From Macrostomum lignano (lineage: Eukaryota), in NCBI GenBank assembly GCA_002269645.1, contig NIVC01000527.1, forward strand, positions 416,257 to 480,256: 64,000 nt of DNA, written 5' to 3'. Numbering within the stretch: the first letter of the stretch is position 1; each line of letters opens with the position of its first letter. Made by a program: the position numbers and the translations under genes. Positions 22,344-33,100 of the stretch are shown piece after piece. The notes beneath the pieces are model-generated. The model saw only the letters and a program-made list of their open reading frames with translations, was not told the DNA's origin and did not search any database.

Positions 22344-25300
22344 ATGGCTTTTGGGTTTATAGCAGTTGCATACATTTTGGCCCTTATTTTCACAGCATTT
22401 CTTCTATTTGTAGTTATTCATCATGTAAGTATTCAAGTTACTTTTCACAATTTCAGTTTATATGATAAAATGGCATATAAACACTAGGCCTATACTATAC
22501 AGTATAGTTGTATAGATTATATTTAAATTTATCTATTTTATTATATGTCACATTTGCTTCTTACATTGATTTATGCCTGTATGCTTAATATATCATAGGT
22601 AAGATAGGCCTAGTTACTCGTATATATATAAATTGCTTTTTAATTTTAGTTCAAATATATATATATTTTTAGGTTTATGTTAGAGACAGGCTATGTTAAT
22701 TGTTAATTAAAATTAAAAAGCTAATTTATATTATATATGGGTGCATGGGTTTAAGGTAAAAAAAGATAACTGATAAAAATGTGATAGTCAAATAAGCAAT
22801 AGGCCTAGTCAAAAAGGCAATATGCTAAATATTATATAATTAGTTATAAATGCAATAAGCCTATGTATTGTTGAAGAAGAAAGCAAGGTGTGAAATAGAT
22901 AAAAAACATTTAAAAAACTGCTCTCATTCTCTATAAGACTAAGAGTTCTACTTAATTTAGTAATCTAAAAGTTTTTGCCTAATAAAGCTTTAATTCAATT
23001 ATCTATTTTTGTTAATTTAGTTCAATGTACTTTATTTTAATAATGGGAAGAATATATATAGCCTACCCCCCTATTGGAATAAATGGCCAAAAGGTATCTG
23101 ATGGTCTCATAATTTTGGAATTTTCTAGTGTCCCATCGCAGCTAAAGTCAAAGCAAGTAATATTGCAATGTAATATAGGCCTAGTTTTTGGATAAATGGT
23201 AAGAGTAACTATGACTGTTATTAAGGCTAAATGCCTCATCATCTAATTAGTAGGCCCCTATTACCTGTATTTGTTGCAAAAGTTAACATGTTCTATATTG
23301 CATCATGTTTTTTAGCTATAATTTTAGATCCTATGTCACGAGTCCACAGGTTTTCTACATTTATTCCAATAGTACAATAGTATATAGCTCCAATTCTGTG
23401 AGTACATAGAATTCTATGTATACATAGTACATACATTCTATGTATATACTATGTTTAATGTTTTTATGTGAGTACATAGAATTGGAGCAGTGAGCTATGA
23501 GTAGCCTATGATTACTGACTTTTTTCATTCATTTTTTACAAAATGAAAGAATTTAGCAAAGTATGAATAATATTATAGGTCTAAATGGTTTTACAAATTT
23601 CCATAATATGGGTCTATGATATATTACTTTTTGTAATTTTTACCTTCTTTACTATTGCCCTTTTGATATATTGCCTTTTTGATTGTTTTGTATTTAAAAT
23701 TAGATTTAAAATTCATTGCTATAAAAAAGCTTAATAGGCTTTAAATATATTAAAAGTATATTTTAAACCAAAACTTATAATTGGACTGGAAGCTTCTATA
23801 GCCAAATAAAGTAGGGTTGACTATAAGGTCTCTGTTTAGGGAGTTAAGCAAGTTTTTTCATTTGAAAAAAATATTATAAGCCCAATAAACTTTTTAATTA
23901 AAAAATATAGAACTTTTTGTATTCTATTACATAGATCTTATTAGAAAGTTTTAAAAAACAGTTAGTCTATAACAATTAGTATAAGAGAAGAAAAATATTT
24001 TCAAAGAAAAGTTATTGGTACTCACTTAATTAAGTATTAGGGATATTGGCACTTTCAGAGGTGCTGATCATTGTGTGATCAGGGGTGCTAGCACACAATG
24101 ATGAAGGGTTATTGGCACTCACTCAAGGATTAGGGGTGCTGGCACACAATGATAAAGGGTTATTGGCACTCACTAAAGTATCAAGGGTGCTGGCACACAA
24201 TGATGAAGGGTTATTGGCACTCACTCAAGGATCAAGGGTGCTGGCACACAATGAATAAGGGTTACTGGCACTCACTCAAGGACTGAGCTGCTGGCACATT
24301 AAATGAGTAGCAGGCTCATTCCATATAAGATGGACATATTTGGAAAATAGAAAAAAGTCAATATTTTTGCTTGCCATTGCCTAATTAGCCTATTTTTTTA
24401 CCAAATGTTTATATTGTGCAATATATACAATCTAAGAATAAAGGAATGGTAAAATGTTGGATTAGTATGTTATCAATTGGCAAAAAGTCATTTTTGTAAA
24501 AATTTGGACATTTTTCGAAGCAAAAGACATCATTAAGATTTTGTACCTTTTAAAAACAAATAGAAAGCTTTTGAAGGTTGAAACAAACTATAGATAAAAG
24601 TATAGTACTTGCATCATCAGATAAAAGCATTGGTGACCAAATAATCTATTATATTTTTAATGTATTAGTACCTCAAAGTTACTGAATTGACAGAAAAAAA
24701 AATGTTACGACCATAATGTTACGACCATAAGGCTGCCTTTTCTTTTGTATCTTTGTTGCCTTTTGAGTTTATATATTCTAATAAAAGAGTACGATTTCTA
24801 AAGATGTTCTTAGTCAAATTTTAAAAATGTATTGCAAAATATCAAAAATGAAAAATGTTATAAGACTTTTACCTTTTAGTTTCTATATGTCAAAAATCCT
24901 GTCGTTACGACCATAAGTGTCATTTAAGGTTTAATAGCATCTATACTAATGATGATATCTATATGAAACTCTATAAATATATTCTAGACAAAATAATCTT
25001 TCATTTAAAATATTGGTTTAGTATATTCTATTATTAGATTTCATTTTATAAGTAAAAATAACCTGTCATGTTACAACCATGCTTATATGGAATGAGCCAG
25101 CAGTATGCAAGTAACTAAATATTTCCATGCCAGTTGAAGTAAAACAATATCTTACACATTTACCAAATCCAACAGGTGATTGCCTTTGACGAGCTGCAAA
25201 ATGATTACAAGAATCCCATTGACCAGTGCCGCAGCCTGAACTCCCTAGTGCTGCCAGAGTACATTGTGCACGCTCTAATGTCACTGATGTTCCTGTTCAG

Positions 25301-25526
25301 CGGCCAGTTGTTTTCATTCATACTGAACCTGCCGCTAGCTGCCTACCATGTGAAACGGTACATAGACAGGCCTGTGCTGAGCTCGCCAGGCCTATACGAC
25401 CCCACCAGCATCATGAATGCCGACAAGTTGCGAAGGGCAATGCGCGAAGGCTGGGTTAAATTGGCCATCTATCTGTGCTCATTTTTCTACTATCTCTACT
25501 GCATGATCTATGTGCTGGTGTCGTGA
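22344..25526 (+). CDS. CNIH1: Cornichon homolog (ER-export cargo receptor), 2 coding exons
   Basis: Exon 1 22344-22424 (MAFGFIAVAYILALIFTAFLLFVVIHH|gtaagt); exon 2 25176-25526 (IAFDELQNDYKNPIDQC...PGLYDPTSIMN...EGWVKLAIYLCSFFYYLYCMIYVLVS*), a classic cornichon sequence. Confidence 0.95.
24080..24297. repeat. Minisatellite, 51-bp unit, ~4 copies, in cornichon intron
   Basis: GGCACTCACT recurs at period 51 (24114, 24165, ...). Confidence 0.85.
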
Positions 25527-26659
25527 AGGCTTTGCTAGCTGAGTGAACTAATGCTTTAACTATTATAATCTCTATTGGAGCCAATAGAGAATTTGATGGA
25601 CTGCGTCTGGCGCGCCTAGCAAACATTCAACTTACTTACAAAGCACTTATTATATGACGGGGAATCTTCGTATCAAATGGTGGTCATAGTTACTCTTGCC
25701 GTTTACCCATTCTAATAATGAAAATTATTTTTATAACTTTAGTTTAGTTAATTTAGGTTAAATTGGCTTCAATAGAATAGTTTAATAACTATCACAGTGT
25801 TCTTTTACTGCTCTAGTATCCTATTTGGCGCAATATTTTAATAATACCTGAGCTATTAATTGATTGCTTCAGTTGGAGTAAATTATGTGTGCAAAAATAG
25901 TTTTCAAGGCTGATTAGTTTGGGCATAGCTGGATTAGCCTGGTTTAATGTGTATTTGGTGGAGTTGTTTCAACGCTATGGTGCCAAATAGAATTGATATA
26001 TGAGTTGTTTAGTAGGCAGAATGTGCAGAATGGCACGGGAAGGTAAATTAACACTTATTTTATTACAATGCAATTGCTATGCTAACTAAACGATAATCGC
26101 CACTGTTATGTGTTGCATACTGAAGCAGTTGCAATCGTGTCTGAAGATTGTTCTTGGAATTGTGTTAATTTCGGCATTGTAATTTTCTCTTAATTTAAAC
26201 TTCTGATGAGTACAGTACTGCATACCTGTTGATTGCTGACTGGGTTTTTTATTTGGCTACAGCATCCAAGCCCCCTGTCCTCCTCTTTCTCTGATTTAGT
26301 TTTAGTCAATCCTTTCATATTCATTGCTTACTACTACTGTTAAAAGCCTAGTTTAAGTAGCATTGTTTGTACATTCAAACGAAAACTTAGTCACAGTTTT
26401 CCCTGATTTGTGTGTATACTCAATCCGTAAGTTCACACACTGCTTCGCATTGTTATAGCCGCTGTTATCAGCTACTCAAATTTTAAATCCCCTGATGCAA
26501 AAACTACAATATATTCTTCAGGCACAACAGCAGGCACTTGTTATCTCTAGCTCCTATCGCTTATTTGGATTTTTACTCAAATTGTAGTCACGGCTTTTTA
26601 CAGTAAATAAAATTTGTTACTTATTTTCCACGAAAAATATAAAGTTTTTATCTCCATTT

Positions 26660-26919
26660 AATTGATTAATTAATTGCACCTGCCCCTATTGGGCCAGCCG
26701 CAGCGCATCTGAAGGCAGAGTACAAGGACTGGGGGGTCGCCACACAGCCTCAATTACCCCAGCTAATGCTGGCACCCATTTTACAGCTGGGTGAACTGAA
26801 GCAATGCAGAGTTGAGCGTCTTGCTCAAGGACACAAATTGTTCCGAGTGGGTCGAGAATCGAACCCCCGACCTTCTTCAAGTCGTGAGTCAGACGCTCTG
26901 ACCACTAGGCTACAACCCC
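26660..26919 (-). mobile_element. tRNA-derived SINE with CORE(MIR)-like central domain
   Basis: Minus strand: GGGGTTGTAGCCTAGTGG (A box)...GGTTCGATTC (B box), then TGTGTCCTTGAGCAAGACGCTCAACTCTGCATTGCTTCAGTTCACCCAGCTGTAAAATGGG, which resembles the CORE motif, then a unique 3' region and an AATT-rich tail. Confidence 0.8.
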
Positions 26920-29788
26920 TTATCCTAACAGTGAAAATGCCAAGGTAACTCTTGCTTGGAAATCTGGGTTATTTAAAGCGTCAGAATCGCCGCGCCATTT
27001 GACATCCTGGGTCCAAAACCGGGATGCCAGCTGATATTAGCAAGAGAGTTCAAAATCAAATAAAATACCAGTCACCTTATTTACAGATTACTCTAACTGG
27101 ACATAGAATGCCAATAATTATAGAACTATTGATACTTCAAATCAACTCTATGATATACAGAAATATGGAAACTACTAATAGTATTATCTAGCTTAAAAAA
27201 CAGCTTGCTGCCAATTCGACATCCGGGATCCAAGTTCAGGATGCCAAAATTAACGCTGTTATGTTATGCAAGGACACAAAAACCCAGGAAGTCCCATAGT
27301 TCGATTCTGCATCTGCCATATCAATTTGAGGCGTTTTGCACTGAAATTTACCTAAGAATTGGCAGAGTGACCGACGATGAACTCAGGACCGCTGTACACC
27401 CCGTGTGAGCGTCTGCGTACTCAGGGGTCGGGTCAGACGGTTCAGACTCAAATTATTCAATGCTTTGTTGATTAGGTTTTTTTAATTAAGTTGTTCGTTA
27501 GGAGAGCTCTTCCGACTATAGAGCCCAAGCCGCGAACAAGAGAGGGCGACAAATATCATGGAAATTTCCGTATATGTGAAAGGCCCTATATTCACATACA
27601 GTAGTTTCACATAATTGTATCGCATATTAAATTACTTCGCTAGCTCTGCCACTTGCGAGTTCTTATACATGGTCCTATACAGTGTAGCCTTATGGGTTGT
27701 CACGTCTCTGGTTGCATTTCTTTGTTTAATAAATTTATTCCCTGGGTCTACCGGACTGCTCACGTACATTATACGAGCGTACGATTCAGAATCTTGCTCT
27801 TAACTAAAACAGTTTTCAGTGCATTAGGCGCGTTTTATGAATTTGGTATAATAAAATATGACGCAATAGACAGGCGCAGCCAGGGGGCGCCACTGCATTT
27901 GTGGGGATTGCCATATTTTATATGCCTTTAATTTTACATCTTGACGTAACCCGGGCAGCATGAACACACCTGTGCAAACCCCTGGGCTCTGGCGCTGAAA
28001 GGTACAGCCACGAGGCCTCGTCCTCTAGTAGACTGTCCGCCTCTGGATGGTGCGGTAGGTGACGTTGCGGCCAAGATCCCCATTTAGACGGCGGGCCCGA
28101 GTTGTTTCAATGTATAATACATCAGAGGCGCGGCCACCACAGTCACCTGTGCAGGAGTACACCCGGTAAAATCTCCCACTAAGGAGACGGTATTCCCAGT
28201 CTGTCACAGACGAAGGTTCTTGACCCCAACTGTACTAGAAATTGGCGGTTAAGGGACTCTATAGAGGCATAAGGACAGTCTAGTCAGTGCTGGAAACGAG
28301 GAGTTTTTCATAGGGGGATATTTTAGCTGGTGAGCGATTTTAGTCTACAATTCCCTCCTAAGCCCCAGGATCCCAAGGATGCATAGTAGGTAACGCCATT
28401 TAAATTTCTTTCCTCCTGGATCGTTCGATGTGGCAGGGGATGGGGAGGTGCAGGACCCAGAGCTCTCTCGTGATGCACATCTTACCGGGACTTATTTAGA
28501 GGTATTGTTTCTGCTATAATTATTTGGTTGGATTCGGCTTATACTCTGCGATCTTCCCTCTGATCCTCAGCTTCTATTGCATGCCCTGCGACAGGTGCAC
28601 TCTCTACTCACATCTCATATCGCATCTCATAGTAAATAAGAAAACAGACAGAAGCAAAACGAGTTAAATAGCTAATGCCCTGAACTATAATGACCCTAAA
28701 CTTGACCTTAACCGCTCAGTTAATTGTTAAAACGGAATTATAAGTTAGGATTAAAAAATAGGAGATGATGAGCAATGCGGTGATACCCAAGGGCAGCGCA
28801 ACAGAGAAAGAAATACCTTAATTATGGCTTATAGACGCGACCGACGGGCAGGGCTGCTTGGCGCGGTGGTCGTCGGATAGTCACGATGTCGGCTGCAATC
28901 ACGGGACGATCAATCCAGACGAGACACATCCGGCGGTTAAAGCCAAGGGAAGTTACAGCCCAGCACCGAAAAGGGAGAAGGGGTTCCGAACGGTTGTTAC
29001 AGCTCCGAATGGTCCCTAAAGAAACGGAAAGTGAAGGGGAAGGAAACGGTTGCCGCTCCGGGCTCAAAACAGTCTCTTAATTATTTATAGCCTTGAGATC
29101 ACGTGAGCATGATGCGTGAATGCGTGATATTGAAGGCCGTGACTTGTCCTTGACCTCGGTTACATAGCAACCCTGCATAATTACGTCGTCAGCCGCGTTG
29201 TCAATGTCATTGATCGAGAAATTAGGGTGGGGCGCAGCGGAGAAAAAAATATGATAGGGGATTTCGTAACAGGCAGGAAAAAGCTTCGAACAATAAAAAG
29301 GACGTGGAGTGGTAGGCGATAAGCATGAGTCATCGGGGGCGCAGGAATCACAGGGTAAAGAAGGGAGGGTGGGCAAAAATGAGTGGTGGGCCCAGGACGT
29401 GCCTACATCACATGCTTCGAGTAACTTTAATATAATACGAGTATAATCAAAGTTCTCTATGACTCAATGACTCAAAAATATTCTCTCAAGCAAGCAACAT
29501 CTTTGCACTGTATAATAGAATCCAGACCTAGCTGGGCTGCCATGCAAGGATTGCAATATGCGGTACGGTGCGCCAGGGTCAAGCAAATGCATGCAAACTT
29601 CATACGTAAGTTCGGAAGCCCAATGAGCCTCACAGATGCAAAATAGCATTGCTGATGGGCGTGCTATAGTCAGCAGCATCTCTGCAAACTCTTACATATG
29701 TATATCACTGGATTTGGGTTTGGGTGCTTCTCACGGCCCCCACCGCACAGATACTCAAAGCCTCAGATGTGATTAACTCAGCGCAATA

Positions 29789-29792
<4 letters not shown>

Positions 29793-29820
<28 letters not shown>
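29793..29820. repeat. (CT)n microsatellite
   Basis: About 14 CT units. Confidence 0.95.
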
Positions 29821-30164
29821 CTGTCTCACTGTCTCCATGCTGGTCTCGCCCTCCCAACAGCATTGTTCTAAAAAAAACACTGAAAGACCTTGAGTCGTCA
29901 TAAAGCAAGCTGTTGTGGGCACGCGCGCTGCCAAGTACTTGCGTATCTAGCTTAAACCAACAACTTTATACGAGCGTCGTAGACTAGAGCAAGTCTAAGA
30001 CTAGTTTGATAGGCCTGCAGTCGCCCTCATCTCCAGCATCCAGCAGCAGCGTAAATAGGAGGGCGCGGCACAGCAACTGCCGTTTATTTTCGGTAGGCTG
30101 AGCAGGCCCATAAGTGCCTGCTAACTATACATTATTATCATAAGCCTTGTTGAACGAGGTCACT

Positions 30165-33100
30165 ATGACAAACGGTCGAATTTCCAAGGTTACTACAGGA
30201 TACCTGCTCATGATCTGCGTTTGCTTGGTCGCAATGATGTTCGGTAGGTTTAGTGCAGCTGTTTGAGTGTTGTAGTTATAGTAATTAAGTGAAAGACTGG
30301 TGATAACCAAGTCTGGCATCATCAGTCAGTTTCCAACTCAGTCACTCTTCCCCCTTAGTCACTCTGCCCCTCAGTCAGTTTCCAACTCAGTCACCCCCCT
30401 CATTCACTCTTCCCCGTCAGTCACTCTCCCCCGTCAGTCACTCTCCCCCGTCAGTCACTCTCCCCCTCAGTCACTCTCCCTCTCAGTCACTCTCCCCCTC
30501 AGCCACTCTCTCAGCTCAGTCACTCTCCCCCTCAGTCAGTCTCCCCCTCAGTCACTCTCCCCGTCAGTCACTCCCCCCTCAGTCACTCTCCCCGTCAGTC
30601 ACTCTCCCTCTCAGTCACTCTCCCCCTCAGTCACTCTCCCCGTCAGTCACTCTCCCCCTCAGTCAGTCTCCCCCTCAGTCACTCTCCCCGTCAGTCACTC
30701 TCCCCGTCAGTCACTCTCCCCGTCAGTCACTCTCCCCCTCAGTCACTCTCCCCGTCAGTCACTCTCCCCGTCAGTCACTCTCCCCGTCAGTCACTCTCCC
30801 CCGTCAGTCACTCTCCCCCTCAGTCACTCTCCCTCTCAGTCACTCTCCCCCTCAGCCACTCTCTCAGCTCAGTCACTCTCCCCCTCAGTCAGTCTCCCCC
30901 TCAGTCACTCTCCCCGTCAGTCACTCCCCCCCTCAGTCACTCTCCCCGTCAGTCACTCTCCCTCTCAGTCACTCTCCCCCTCAGTCACTCTCCCCGTCAG
31001 TCACTCTCCCCCTCAGTCAGTCTCCCCCTCAGTCACTCTCCCCGTCAGTCACTCTCCCCGTCAGTCACTCTCCCCCTCAGTCACTCTCCCCCTCAGTCAC
31101 TCTCCCCGTCAGTCACTCTCCCCGTCAGTCACTCTTCCCGCTCAGTCACTCTCCCCCTCAGTCACTCTCCCCCTCAGTCACTCCCCCTCAGTCACTCTTC
31201 CCGCTCAGTCACTCTTCCCGCTCAGTCACTCTTCCCGCTCAGTCAGTCTCCCCTCAGTCACTCTCCCCAACAGTCAGTCTCCCCTCAGTCACTCCCCCTC
31301 AGTCACTCTTCCCGCTCAGTCACTCTCCCCCCAGTCAGTCTCCCCGTCAGTCACTCTCCCCTGAGTCACTCACCATTCAGTCACTCTCACCCCAGTCACT
31401 CTCACCCCAGTCACTCTCCCACTAATTTCCTGCATCGTTTCTCTCTCACAGTCGCCAACCCCGAAGCGGCCACGATCGTACCGTCCGACGCGAACGCGGT
31501 GCCCTCCGCGCTCCGCTGCCCAGACGGCCGCATTCCGCTGAACAGCCCGCAGGCGCGCTGCCGCTCGCAGCCGCAGCTGCAGTGGGCCGGCAGGCGCTGC
31601 GAAAATGACAGCCTGGATTTCAGCTGCCCGCACGGATACGACTGTCTAGCGGAGGGCATCTGCTGCGAGCCGCCACAGCTCCCGGTGAGCCGCTGGTCCG
31701 TAATATTGTCTGAAACCTCTCAGTCTGACACCTCTCACTCTGACCTCAGTCTGACACCTCTCACTCTGACCTCAGTCTGACACCTCTCACTCTGACCTCA
31801 GTCTGACACCTCTCACTCTGACCTCAGTCTGACACCTCTCACTCTGACCTCAGTCTGACACCTCTCACTCTGACCTCAGTCTGACACCTCTCACTCTGAC
31901 CTCAGTCTGACACCTATCCCTGTGGTCCTCAGCCTGACACCTCACTCTGGCCTCAGCCTGACACCTCTCCTTCTGGTTTTCAGTCTGACACCTCTCTGGC
32001 CTCAGCCTGACACCTCTCTGGTCCTCAGTCTGACACCTCTCTGGTCCTCAGTCTGACACCTCTCTGGTCCTCAGTCTGACATCTCTCTGCTCCTCAGTCT
32101 GACACCTCTCTGGTCTTCAGTCTGACACCTCTCACTCTGGCCTCAGTCTGACACCTCTCACTCTGGCCTCAGCCTGACACCTCTCACTCTGGCCTCAGCC
32201 TGACACCTCTCCTTCTGGTTTTCAGTCTGACACCTCTCTAGTCCTCAGTCTGACACCTCTCTGGTCCTCAGTCTGACACCTCTCTGGTCCTCAGTCTGAC
32301 ACCTCTCTGGTCCTAAGTCTGACACCTCTCTGGTCCTCAGTCTGACACCTCTCTTGTCCTCAGTCTGACATCTCTCTGGTCCTCAGTCTGACACCTCTCA
32401 CTCTGCTCCTCAGTCTGACACCTCTCACTCTGCTCCTCAGTCTGACACCTGAACCTGATTCCGCATTGCAGCAGCCGCAGGTGCACCTGTGCCGCATGAG
32501 CAGGTCTGGCAGCAAAGCGGTAGACATTGTCGGCAGCTGCTCAGCGAACTCGGACTGCAAGGGTTACGATAGTCTAGCCAGCAGGTGCTGCAGCGGCAGC
32601 TGCGTTCTGCTGAAGCAGCGTAGGTTTTGACAACCGACGGCCTTTTCTAGAAAGATTCGCTTACAACAATCAACTTTTCAACCAATCAAGAAACGAACCA
32701 TTCATTTACAGGCTGCTTCAGGCAACGACGCCAATATCAGAGCATTTTGTCCACTGGACAGGTGCCGAGAATCTACTTGCCCAAGTGAGTAGAAACTATC
32801 CGCTTGGTAACAATTTAGTTCAACTCAAGCAATGCGTGACGCCAATGCCATTGGCGACTTAGTAACGCGCGAAGGAACCGCGCGAGCATCTTTCATAGGG
32901 TATGGATCGCTGTTTCATTTGAGAGAGGGGTGCACAAGGGGCGCCAGCACCAGGGGCGCCAGCACCAGGGGCGCCAGCACCAGGGGCGCCAGCACCAGGG
33001 GCGCCAGCACCAGGGGCGCCAGCACCAGGGGCGCCAGCACCAGGGGCGCCAGCACCAGGGGCGCCAGCACCAGGGGCGCCAGCACCAGGGGCGCCAGCAC

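Noticed and set aside
26843-26919. tRNA-Val(CAC)-like gene
   Set aside because: The anticodon and acceptor stems pair poorly and the sequence runs straight into a SINE core, so it is treated as a SINE head.
27871-27895. CAGGCGCAGCCAGGGGGCGCCACTG, resembling collapsed hAT termini
   Set aside because: Only 25 bp and no TSD; cannot be distinguished from chance.
30300-31364. 354-aa Ser/Pro-rich ORF, and similar long ORFs at 43577-43984, 53639-54267, 55846-57475, 58227-58934 and 62469-63105
   Set aside because: They are translations of stop-free minisatellite units inside introns; flanking exons splice around them with consistent phase.
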